A stretch of 34,233 nucleotides of DNA, from the NCBI GenBank assembly GCA_000320545.1, contig ADNK01001470.1:1-34233 (forward strand). Direction: 5' to 3'. The DNA comes from Bigelowiella natans CCMP2755 (taxonomy: Eukaryota > Protista > Cercozoa). The stretch's first letter is position 1; every line of letters begins with the position of its first letter. Shown here in pieces: positions 1-11,700 of the stretch. Under the pieces are notes generated by a model. It worked only from the letters and a program-made list of their open reading frames with translations, was not told the DNA's origin and made no database searches. The position numbers were made by a program, and so were the translations under genes.

Positions 1-70
1 TACTCCTCCTCCTCCTCCACCTCCTCCTCCCTTTCTCCGCTATTGCTATTGTTGGGTGGCCACAATCAAC

Positions 71-1910
71 CTCCAAGAGACGAGCCAATCGTTCCTAAGG
101 TCTCCGGGCCAAGAGCCCTGCCAACGTGAAGAGGAGAGTACGCATTCATCTCGTCTCCGAGTAGCTTCAAGATGTGTGTGTGTGTGTGTGTGTGTGCAAG
201 GAGCGGTGCTTGGATTGGAGAATAGGTAGTTTAAAATCGTGGTTTTGATGGTTGCGTTGTGCTTTTAAAGTTACGGCAGTCTGAAGTTCTCTTCCACAAG
301 AGGGAGGACTGTGTCCTCAAGAAAATCCAGGTACAACGAGGCGTTCCCCCCTCCATAGTCTGTATATATTCGCATATATCCGTATCCTCACCCCACGATT
401 CATTCAGTTCTATTGGGAAATAAAGAGGAAAGGGGGGAAGGGGGAGGAGGAGGAGGATGGGAGGGGGGGCTCGTGCACTTTCCTGCCACCACTACTTACT
501 CCCACCACACCGACCTGGATCTTGGACGTTTGTGTACTCATTGATTCTGTTCGCACCCGTGTTATATACTGCAAATTAGGAAGGCGGCACCCGCAAAAAT
601 ACCAGATGGGAGAAAAAGAACAGCGGCGAGAATATCAGTCCACTCGAACAGACCACAACACAAAGCCTAATCATGACTCAACTCCATACAATACATTGGA
701 GTGGGGGGGGGGAGGAAAGGGGGGGATCATCATCATCGTATCAGAGCCGCCCACCTCCTATTATAAGCAAGGACGGGATTCTCCCCGCGATGATCATGGG
801 GTCGACAGTGTCCTGTACCATCCACGCCTAATGCCAAGTAGAAGAAGTAAAAGGAGCGCATCATTTAACGAGGTAGCAAGCACCAGGAGCGATAGCGACT
901 GCAGCTCTAGCTTATTATTCTAAGACAGCACCTGCCCACCGAACGCGGTGCTCGGATCGAAGAGGTTCTGGCCGTCGTGCATGATCACGGCTTGCGAGGG
1001 GACGAGGTACGGGTTTTCGTTGTACCTGCAGGTGGTGGTGTTGGCTTTTAAGAATCGTGGTGACGACCGCGACGACGACGATGATGATGATGATGGTGAT
1101 GATCTGCTCCTTCTGCTGCTGCTGCAACTGGTTTACATTGTCTAAATTCAATACAACATGCCTGCGTTATTCTTACCCTGGTGGGACATACACGATCACA
1201 TCCCTCTCGTTTTCGAACTGCTTTGAGACTACATTCGATAGCACGCTTAAGCTCCCCTGGCTCTCCCCGAACCACGGAGCAAACGACGTTGACGTGGCGG
1301 TGGCGTTCATGCGGCTGTGTAATCAGGGAATGAGTGTAAGCTGGTGTGCAGCTTGGAGGACATGGTCGGAGTATGCATGCACGACAATGTATATAGAGGG
1401 GAGCGCGGGAATGAGTGAGTGTGCAACGTGATGAAAGCTAGGCTGACTCTGGTAGTGTGGTCTTCCACTTCTCGCTTTTCGGATAATCCTGAAGTTGCAG
1501 CGGCACGCGGTGGTTTGCACCCAGGCTCCATTGCTCATCATTGATGAGAGCTTTCATCTCCAGCGTAACGATGGCGTTCTGGTCAAAAACATACACCGCA
1601 GTATGGCCAGGCAGTGTTGTCAGATTTTTACGGATCCACCAATACATCACCTTAATGCATCATGCTTAGAGCATCATCCTCCATCAACCACCTCTTCACA
1701 TTCGAGTTGTAGGGTCCACTCGTCCTTGCCGCCCTCCTTCAGCGGCACCCCACTTCCCCATGATAGTCCGCACAGGTCTTCCCCTGTTCCCTTCCTACCC
1801 CCGCGGAGGTAAATCCCCCCGTTGGCTGCTTCGGAGGGATAGCGGACAGTAACGAGAAGAGGGAGGGGGCTGACAACAGGCAATAAACCAAGCAGAAAAC
1901 AGTGCAGCAT
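71..1910 (-). CDS. Secreted putative esterase (PF00756-type alpha/beta hydrolase) with a CBM20-like N-terminal domain; multi-exon, 3' end lies beyond the left edge
   Basis: ATG at 1910 gives a signal-peptide-like MLHCFLLGLLPVVSPLPLL. Spliced exons then read IYLRG..LSWGSGVPL..W, LEMKALINDEQWSLGANHRV, ERDVIVYVPPG|YNENPY..VIMHDGQNLFDPSTAFGGQ|AWMVQDTVDPMIIAGRIPSLLIIG|VYNTGANRINEYT|YGGGNASLYLDFLEDTVLPLVEENFR|..TIGSSLGG. The last motif is the nucleophile elbow (exon 117-71). Exons have GT-AG flanks. Confidence 0.85.
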
Positions 1911-2246
1911 AATGCGGATTCCAGTGTATATACTCCTTTCTCCGTGGCCTTTCCAAATGTGTTCTCACTCCGCGAGCCGAGCGAAAGCGTTGCCTTGCGG
2001 GTGTGGAAGCAGCCTGCTCGTTCGCCACTTGTGGGTTGTGGGGGAGGGGGCGACAAATGCTTGCCTCAAAGCCCTGACGGAGGGAGATTCGAGCAAAAAA
2101 TGCCCTCTATTCGCGGCGCGAGACATCCCCTGATTTGAACTGGAAATCGATCCAGAGTCAGGTGATTCAGGGTGCGCGACATAAACGAAGTCCCTTTTCA
2201 CATCAGAAACGGAGAAAGGAGTTTTGAGGCACCCCTCCCCTGAAGT

Positions 2247-4152
2247 ATGAGCACCGCCACCCCTGCCCGCGTTTGCATCGTTGGAGGAGGAATCGCTGGA
2301 TGTGGGGCAGCATGGGCCCTTGCGGGCATAGGGCGGAAGAAGAAGAGCGAAGGCAAAGAGGCAAAGGGAAACGACAGGAATACGGCAAATCGTAGCACGA
2401 TTCGGAACAATGTGGAGGTGGCTTTCAGGCTGTGCTGCAGCAATGAAACTTCTCAAAGAGATTATTCTTCTTGCAGGTGACCCTGATTGAAGCCCAGGAG
2501 GAACTTGGTGGAAACGCAAAGACCAAAACTTGGTTCGAAGGTCCGGGGCACGAATCGATCTTGATGCTCTCACACGCTGTGTATCTGAAGCTGCTTTGTA
2601 GGATCCAACAAGATGACGACAGGACTCAGCGTCTTGGCGTGGCCGAAAAAGTATACAATACACTAGGCGATAATAATCTCGTCTCACCTGATACCATCGT
2701 CGCTTCTATCTGCACCCAAAAACCAAGCATCCTATTCTCCTGTCAGATTCTTCCACAACTACATGGCTCTGCTAAAGCGCCTCGATGTTCCAACGGAAAC
2801 GGTTGACTATAAATCAATCACAAACGAGAAAACTAATGTGTACAAACTCCACGGAAATTGGGGGGTATCCCTTCTAAGCGATTCGTGTCAATACATGCGC
2901 GTCTGTTGTGCGTTTCGCCCCGCCGCCAGGTGAGGCTCCCATTTTTGGTGGAGACGTACGATTCCAACAGCGGAGAGAAGTATGTCGCATGGGACCAAGC
3001 TAGTCCATTATCATCCCCACTCGTATTCAAAAAAGACAGCGAGAACTGGGAGCGGCTTGTAGATTGGGTAAGGGGCGTGAATAGCTTCTTTGGCTGCGCC
3101 ATTGAGTCGGAGGATCAGGGGGTACTCTCATGCATACTTTCCGTGATGTCACATGATATGATATGGTATTTATGAGAATCGAATCTCAGCCAATCGGAGA
3201 AGAATATTTTTTCGGCACCGATTTTGTCTTCATGCTGATCAGCCCCCCCCCCCCCCCCCCCCTCTTCCTTCTTCTGCAGCTCTGTTCCATGTATCGCTCC
3301 AACCTACTAAACCCTTTGAACTACATCAGCCTGCTCACACTTTGCCGATGGTAATGTCAATAGATAGAAACCTCTTCTGGATGATTCCTGAGGCTATTTC
3401 CCTTCCTAATACGCTGATCTTGGTTTGATGGCTGCTGAAGCGTCGAAGATCGTGATGCGTGTCCTCCTACAATCTGTTTGCTGACGAATAGCTAATCATG
3501 CACAGGTTCTCCATATCTCAAGACTTCTGGGAGGAGGTTGGTTGGCTGTTTGATGATAGAAGAGATTTTCCTAAGTAGCTATCGAGCACGCGGAATCGAC
3601 TGTGATTTGGCAGGATTTGCCATGGCATGATCATGACTTGTGATGTGGATGAATAATGATGAGGTGATTGTGGCTGTGTACTCTTCATCGGCGCTGACGA
3701 AGAACATCGGAGGACTGCCCGCGGTGTGTAAGTGGAGGGGGAGATCATAGACATCAATCTTCACGAAGAGCTCCCCGCCGCTCTTGTTACTAATCGACCA
3801 TTCAAAAACTACTCCTACGTCGTTGCTGCTGCTGCTGCTGCTGCTGCTGCTCTCACTGATGAAGATGATGACGACGGCCATGATGATGCGTTGAGCAGGT
3901 CATCGTGCCGCTGTTGGTGTCCATCATTTCCCTCAAAAAAGCAACTGTGCGTAAGTCATGCGACAAAAGACATCAAATCTTAACACATTTCTTACCTGTA
4001 GCGGAGCAAGCACCGATGTTCCGATTGTCTGTGCGGCATTGACTGCTAGCGCTGTATTTCCCAGTCGCATACCATTATAACATCCAGTGTAATATGATCT
4101 TTTTCCATCACTGTTACGATTTCATTTTACACTGTTGTCATTGCAAGGTTAT

Positions 4153-4185
<33 letters not shown>

Positions 4186-5360
4186 CACACATACACAAAA
4201 CCATGCTGTTTCTTGCGCGCGGATCTTTTCGCTCAGTGCTGCTGCTGCTGCTGCTGCTACATCGCGACTGCAGGAGCTGGAGACCTGGGGAAAGGGGTTC
4301 TCTTCCAAGTCGGTATTTCAACGCATGATGGAGATGATGAAAAAGGCGAAGAGTAAACCTGCTGGGCAAGGCAGTCTCTAGATTATTACAGGGATACCTG
4401 TCCAGAAGGTAGGAGCTTGCTGTACATGTTGCTGCTGCTGCTGCTGCCGCTGTATGAACCTCATCTGTACGTGGTGGCAGGGATTCATCAATCCTCACGG
4501 TGACGCCGCCTCCTTCATGTCGTCAGGTGAAATTTCTCTCGGATGGGAAGATTCTGGTGGAGGCAGAAGGTGACATTCCTCCGCGGTTGTGATGGAAGTG
4601 GCAACGACAACGAGCGACTGATGATTATATTGATATTATTGTAATGGCCATGGTGGTGATAGCGGCTGATGGCGGGGATGACCTTCGTTCTGTGCCGAAG
4701 AACGACTTCTCCGCCTCGCGATCATATTAGTTGCATTACCGGCACTTGCAGAGAAAGCAGGCAAAAAAAGAAAAAAGGACTTACGTAGAATACTTACGCT
4801 ATAGGTCTCAAGACGCGCATCTTCGACCGAATCGTTTTTGCATGTAGCGCCAGGGTAATATGTTCAGGACAAAAGCAGCTTGCAGCAATAACAGCGGCAG
4901 ATGGCAGGCATCAACATCTGACCGCTCGCATAGAGCCTGAAGTTATCGTTATGAGTTGCCTCACACACACACACACACACACACATACACACAACACAAA
5001 CTCACACAAACACTTTGTGCATAAATTTCACATACATGTGCGTCTGTAATGGCCACCATCATCGACTGCCATTTTCACTTCCTTTCTCGCATCGTCAGGC
5101 CGCGCTAGAGATAATCCAGAACCCTTCGTAAACTTATTAGAAAGAGAGAGGGGGGGGCACGGGGGAGAGAGAGCAAGAGCGCGATCACTTCGATTTATGT
5201 GGATGATAATTATAATGATATTGATTATGATGATGATGATGATGATATGAGTCGTATTCCCACCAACCTTTGTGTAGATTCTGGCAGCGCAAGCTCTTGG
5301 GTAACGTAAAGTACTGCGACGAGGACGACGACACGTATGACATTATCTCGGATAGTATTG

Positions 5361-5411
<51 letters not shown>

Positions 5412-5412
5412 T

Positions 5413-5448
<36 letters not shown>

Positions 5449-5686
5449 TTATAAATATATAAACATGTATGAAAGGGTAGTTTAAGTTGGTATTTCTTCC
5501 CTTTGATATACACTGCAGCTGATGCCTACTCTTTCCCTCCCCCCCCCTTCTGCCCAGGTTTCGGCTTGGTCGCGTTCATCGAGACGAGGGCGTGTTGCCG
5601 AAGAAGTCATTCAGATTTAGAGATTATCGATTGTTATTCTCATCACCATCATAATCATCATCATCATCTCCATCGTCATCACCATC

Positions 5687-5723
<37 letters not shown>

Positions 5724-7636
5724 AGGTATCGATCAAGGATTCTAAACACGTACTCGAATTATATCCGTGTGGAGAGGGGGGAGGGGGGCGGGGGCTGGCA
5801 AGGCTTGTCCACCAAGATCCGGTGAACAGTAGATAATTGATGTCGGCAACGTGACTCTAACTTCGTTTTGCCACTGCTCAGGTACTGCAATACATTTATC
5901 ATTTCGTCGTGGTGGCCAGGAGCAAGCAAGGTCGTATGTCCTCCGAGGAGAAGTAGATAGACGGAGGAAACAGACCTCCTTTTGACAACACGTGTGAGAA
6001 ACGCCCCCCGTTGCTCCCCCTCCCCTCCCCCCCCCCCTTTCCTCCTCGCCATCCTTCAACCCCAGAACTTTAATAAACCGATGATGGTCACATATAACGA
6101 GAAAGACGATAAGGAGATAAGGCGTGCGACTGTGGCTGATGAGGTACTGCGGCCCTTCATAGCTCTTGCGCTGCTCTTAGGCTGCTATTTTACAGAAGTA
6201 TAGAGGTGAGCGCAGTGGGACCCCAGCAACAACGGCTTCAGATCGCACTGCGGAAGGATTTGTGGAGAATAAGGTAGCATATATCTACACTGGCATGTAC
6301 CGATCGAGGGGGGAGGGGGAGGGGGTAAGTCCTACCCGTAGTGCTGTGTTGTCACATGCCATCATCCGTGCATCCTTGCCATCACTGCTGTTGTCATATA
6401 TCCTCACTACCTAAAGCAGTGCATGGGCCCTCCTCCTTCCGTCCTCCTCCTCTTCTTCACCATCATCATCATCATCACCACCACCACCACCACCATCATG
6501 ATTGCCGCTGTGATTCCGAACTACGCATGTCGTCTGATATGAAGGATGCCACACACAGAGAACAGATCTAAACACAACGCAATACTGCTCCCATCCACTC
6601 GCATCTTATGTCCATCATAGCACAACCACCCCAAACTCGAGCTAGGCAACCTAACCATAACCCTGCTGCTGGGCTATGCGCTTCAAGGAGCTCAGAACGC
6701 GTAAGCACACGAAAACAAACAGAAGTAGAGATAAAGTGGGAAGGGAGGGGGGGCACACCAACGTCTCTGCGTGGTGGACATGCGAGAGCGATAAGTGGAG
6801 TTGTCAAGTGGCAGAGCCGCAACAGTTGATAAAGCTGGTAGTGCGATATGCGTAGCAGTCATGAAGGAGAAGGGTTATTGCTGTGGACGCGGACAACGTT
6901 GATGATCCCCTTGAATGCTGCTGTTCGCCTGACTGCCAACGAAGGTATTACTGCGGAAACTGGACGACACCTGGAAACGGACATGACCTCTCCCTCCTAA
7001 GGTTTGTTGCGCTCTCCAACAATGAGCGATGACGGGTTATTCGGCAGTAAAGAATATCAGTTCTAAAGGCCTCGTAGAGACGCTACTTTGCCAGCAGTAG
7101 TAGTCGTAGTCGTAGAAGGCGCTATGTTCATTGTTGTTGCCGTTAGCGTCAAACACCGCTTTCATAGTTCTTTTTCCGTTCGCCAAATTTCCATCACCAC
7201 GCTCGTCGCCATCGTCAAAACCTGTCGATACATCGTTATCACCATGACATTTCTGCTGAACCATGTCCTCCTCACCACGATGACAGCGGCTTTTGCGTCG
7301 CGGAAAGCATCGTACCGGGATCGTACCCGTTCGGTACACTAGTTTTTAGCTTTTGTCTTTAAAAATGTGAGTTGATGATGAGATAGAGCTACTAGGTATG
7401 CGTTGCGTGGCGTCAACATTGCGTTGAATAGGAGCTGTGCTCCTCAATATTTGGTGGTGGGGGATGCTAGTAGAATGCAAATTAATCGTATTTCATGTGT
7501 CAGTGATAAGGCAGCAAGGGACGACTTTGTACAGATGTCCCGTTTGATGAATCTTGGAGCATCGTCCAACACTCCTATCTGGACCCTTGCAGCATTGATG
7601 GTGTTTCTCTTCGCTACATTATTGGTCTACCTGTAG
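2247..7636 (+). CDS. FAD/NAD(P)-dependent oxidoreductase (amine-oxidase-like, COG2907-type) with a C-terminal membrane anchor; about 20 exons
   Basis: Rossmann motif RVCIVGGGIAGCGAAWAL, then VTLIEAQEELGGNAKT, TTGLSVLAWP, FFHNYMALLKRL, FDRIVFAC, PMMVTYN, HNHPKL..LQGAQN, YYCGNWTTPGNGHDLSLLS|GFCVAESI. The final exon ends in hydrophobic IWTLAALMVFLFATLLVYL* at 7636. An in-frame TAG at 4379-4381 is unexplained (see findings), and a few short exons are uncertain. Confidence 0.8.
5368..5446. repeat. Compound intronic microsatellite (TA)n-(T)n-(TG)n
   Basis: Directly visible. It is representative of many intronic SSRs, e.g. (CACG)n ~4155-4185, (GA)n ~14045-14077 and ~21335-21370, (CA)n ~14400-14436 and ~15571-15614, (AAG)n ~18052-18098, (TA)n ~18698-18731, ~21822-21851 and ~25647-25684, (GAT)n ~19202-19235, (GTA)n ~19611-19639. 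Confidence 0.95.
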
Positions 7637-8381
7637 AAACGAGGGCCAATAAGCAAAAGAAATGATAATACTAAACAAACCTAGAAATAATGGTACAATG
7701 AATGACATGCTATGCGAGTCATAGCATAGCTAAAAATAGGCGTGTCAAAAATGCTTTGGCTGTGCCATTGTGACCGCAAATCATTTATTATTAGACTGAC
7801 ATAGGATGTGAGTGATGTGTTTTGCCTGCTTGCCTGCTAGCTAGCTAGCCTGCCATGGATTCGCCATGCATGATGTGCATGACGGCCGAAACAAAAAGGA
7901 ACAACTTGAGCACTATGGCCGCTGCTATGCAAAGCTACATTAGGATGAATTATGACGGTTGAAAAATAAAAATAAAAAAATTATATCAACATCCGTCTCG
8001 CATAGATCTGAGTCTCTAGAGACTTGTTAGCGGCCTGCATTACTAGATAGCACATAATTAGATAATTAAATATGGTACTAGCAGGTCTAGAGGTGTGTGC
8101 TAATCCAGCATGCATCGCATCGTATCGCAGCTGTGCGCAATGGCTGCTGTAAGTTGACTAAGTCGATTAACAATGAGGTGGCCTTCAAGCAGAGTTCAGA
8201 CTGCCGCTTTAGCATCACCGACGCGCGCATGTGCAGAGTCAGCAACCGTGAGATCCGGCAATATGATTTGATTCTCACGAGTGTATGCGTGACTAAGTAA
8301 AACATTTACACATGATTACCAGCGATCTTTCATTTTCGCATAAACTTCTTGAGATTCTCGTCGTAACCATGAAGTTTTACG

Positions 8382-9006
8382 CTATTTGAACGAACAGTAA
8401 CGATGCTGCTTTTCATAAACTTCTCAACAGAGATATGCGCCACAGAAGCTTTCTTGATGCACCGGTGCACCACATTTTTCTGCGTTGGCCCTCTTTCAAT
8501 TAATGGTGTTCACCTCCGGGCTTGGAAAAGTCTGCATCCAGTATTTCCCGAACTTTAAGGAATGTCCTGCACATAAAAATTCAATTTTAGTTCTTAAATT
8601 TGCAGCCTTTAAGCAATTGGTTAAACGGGGGTATGATTCTCTTTCAACGCATTACTTGACATTTTCCTTTCTTTGTAAATCCTCCAATCTTCTTGTACGT
8701 TCTTCACATATTTGCTTGCGTTTGATCCTGATTGAATTTCGAATAGATTACGACATTACAAAAAAATCGCGCTCGAGAATTGCATCTGAAAATTAAAACC
8801 CGTTTACAAACAAGGAAAATTATGTGGTGTTGTTATTACGTCTCAGCTCTGTTGCCAGTGACGACACGCCAAAGACCATATCCCGTAATAGCGAAGAAAC
8901 CAGCATATATCATAGGTCCGTTGAATCTGCTCTTTGGAATATTTCTCTTCCATCTCACTTTAGGAAACCCCCCAGGAGGGGGCATGTCCTGTTTAAAATC
9001 CGTCAT
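8382..9006 (-). CDS. NDUFA13: NADH:ubiquinone oxidoreductase subunit A13 (GRIM-19/B16.6)
   Basis: Absent from the ORF track. Exons 9006-8840, 8727-8656, 8566-8514 and 8422-8382 are phase-compatible and give MTDFKQDMPPPGGFPKVRWKRNIPKSRFNGPMIYAGFFAITGYGLWRVVTGNRAET..LQRKENVKTFLK..PGEVYEKQHRYCSFK*. QDMPPPGGF..RN.P followed by a TM helix is the family signature. The last exon is less certain (alternative stop at 8500). Confidence 0.85.
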
Positions 9007-9660
9007 CGAAGAGGAGGGGAATTCAGGGGACTGCTGACGAGGCTTTTGCTTCCTAAAAAAAAGAACAAGTAAACGTTAGATGAGCCGCAAGTTATATTTC
9101 GGGCGGTTATTCCCGTGAAGATAATTTAGATCACATTAGAAAGGCATAATATTCAAATAGATTCATAGTCAGCCATTCTTTCGGATGCTCTCCATTTGAA
9201 TTACAGCTCAGAGTGGCGCTCATGATGTTGACTTTAATATGCGCGCTTGTACTGCTATGGCACGTTCACTTGTGTGAAAGATAAACTGTCCGAGGATGTG
9301 AATTTTCAAAACCAATTGGAATTATTGAACAGAGTAAAGAAAATCATAAAGGGTAGGGGGGAGCCCAACCGCTGTGATTCCTCAGAGGCCGTGCTCCCTT
9401 CAGATCTTTCCTAAACTTATTTTCAGCTTTCAAAAACGGATCTAAACGCATTGAATTTTTTGGAATACAATATTAAATTATATTTTATATATGCGACAAC
9501 ATTTTAATTCATTATTATGTCATTTTGAAACACATCCATAGTTCACCAAAGTAACAATATTGTCTTAGAAGTATCCTATGCAATACAGGGGTTCGTACAA
9601 TGCCAATTTTATAAAACGACAACTATAATTAAAAAATGTGTTCCGTATTTTCCTTCAATC

Positions 9661-10390
9661 TTAGCTCGAGGAGGCTACACGTTGACCTGGCTGGAATTTG
9701 AAAACATCTTGACAGGGGGAGCAGCGACGACCCATCGTCCTTCTCGGAATGTTTTGTTCCCTTAAACATCCGTGTTTTCTTCTTACGACAACCCTAGCCA
9801 TTTCTTTACGATCATGTCAAACTTTCGACATTGAGAGTCTGTTGTCGCAGGACAAAAGCAACCTAGGATTCTTTTTGTGGGATTGGAATTGTCGTAGGAC
9901 ACAAACATCATGGGATTCTTCTTGTGCGTCTGCACACAGAAGTGCTTCCTTCAAGGACCGCAGTGTAAAATCGTTGCATTTGTTATTTGCAAGAGAACGG
10001 GCCGTTATAGTTGTCGCACATAGTATGTAAAGGGGATTATGCTCTTCATATTTTGTTGTCGCACTGAGGAAAATGTGTCCCAACAGTTCCTAAGTTGGTC
10101 AGTTAGTCATTCTAGTCGGGTGCTTGAAAGGCCAAAAATATTGGATATTTTCGGCTGGAATATATGTGATTCTACAATTGTTGTAGTTTATGTTGCTGCT
10201 CGGAAGTCAGGGGCAACGTCGTGATAGATACTTTCACGCCACCCCCCTTCCCGGTTGGCCGGTGTTCCCGTTCTTTCTCAGTGTCTTCGGATCGGCTGGT
10301 GGGCACTCTCGATTCGGCGAGATCATAAGTATGTGTGTGCATAAGATCATATCAAAAATACCTCATCATTTGCTTCCGCAGCATTGTCAT
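9661..10390 (-). CDS. Small hypothetical protein, about 5 exons
   Basis: A phase-consistent GT-AG path exists: MTMLRKQMM|SRSEDTEKEREHR..KLQQL|NCWDTFSS|EALLCADAQEE..KKNPR|EQNIPRR..VASSS*. No recognisable domain. Confidence 0.35.
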
Positions 10391-10459
10391 TGCCTCTTTT
10401 TCTCGAGGTCAGGACAAGAAGAGGCAAGCTTCTAAATCTCACAGGGGAGACTGTGCTCA

Positions 10460-11668
10460 ATGGGGATCGGTCTATCGTTCGTCAACGACACTCTTAATAC
10501 ATTTCGCGTTTCGATCAGCGTTGGTCGTGTCACTGTGGCCACCCGCGAGCTAGAGTCAGGCTCAGAATGGACTAAGGTATATTTCGTGCGTCGTCATTGA
10601 TGCAAATGTTGTGCTACATAATCTCTGCTATTGCAGGTCGATGGCGGGCTCTCCGCTTCGATGACCTACACTGTTCGCTGTGAAGATCTTACCTCGTCCC
10701 CCATCTTTAATGGCTGTCACTACGTCCATAGGAAGTTCAAACAGCGCATTCGCGCACCTGCCTTACGAGACACGAAACGCATCCTCCTCTCCCACCTAAC
10801 ACTCTGTCCCGCAATATCAAAGCTCACCCTCCCTGACGGAACACGTCCAGAAGTGAGAAAAACACAACCAAAAAAGGATTGCACGGGAGGGCCATCCGCT
10901 GCGATTGAAAAGCCGGCGCTCATCGGAGGACCCCGCCCGCCTGAGGGCCCACCCCCTTCCCAGTCGTCGTTGTCTAATGGGCAAAGAATAAAGAAAAAGA
11001 AAAAGAAAAAACCGAAGAAAGACACCCAAGTGGAAAATATTTCTCTCGAGGACTTTCTCGAAGGAAAATTTGTGGAAAATCACGAAGACAATCATGGTCA
11101 GGAAAGCGATGAAGACGAGGAATGTTGGGACGCTAGCGAGTGCTTGTTTCAGGTGGACTTCCTGCCCCCTCTACTCAGACCAGAGCCGGTATTATCGCCC
11201 TAAATCGGGAAATAGCAATGCAATGAACCACGACAGTTTAAAAGAAGATATCGTTGGCTGTCTAATTAAGTTTGACGTGCAGATGTCTAGTTGCATGTGA
11301 TACGTGGTGCAAGCGTAAAGAAGGAGCTTATATGTTGATGACCCTGTCTGCTTCCTCCAACAACAGGTACTTCTGCAAAGCGCAACGAAGGTTTTGGAGT
11401 CGATCGTCACCGAGAAGGTAGGCAGTGCCTCTTGCGGTCGCATGCTACCGACAGCCAATGCAATGTGACAATTGTAATCACCGATCGTCGCTAGCATGCA
11501 TGACCGATAGTCGCCAGCATTCATCGATCGTGTTCAATGCTTGTTGTTTCCAGGTGCAGACGGATCGTGATGGCACGGTATTCACGGACGGGCCAAGAGA
11601 CATCTTCACAATCATCGGCAGCCATTACGCATTTCGGGGAAAGAGGGGCAGAGGACAGGTCTACACCG

Positions 11669-11700
<32 letters not shown>

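Noticed and set aside
522-2138. Plus-strand ORFs and poly-His/Ala/Cys ORFs here and throughout the window
   Set aside because: Antisense to real exons, or produced by intronic microsatellites.
8011-8024. 14-bp perfect palindrome AGTCTCTAGAGACT
   Set aside because: Single, short and without associated structure; could be chance.
9661-10390. Casein kinase II beta resemblance (GTHFP in one frame)
   Set aside because: The frame is not splice-consistent with neighbouring exons and the zinc-finger cysteines are absent.
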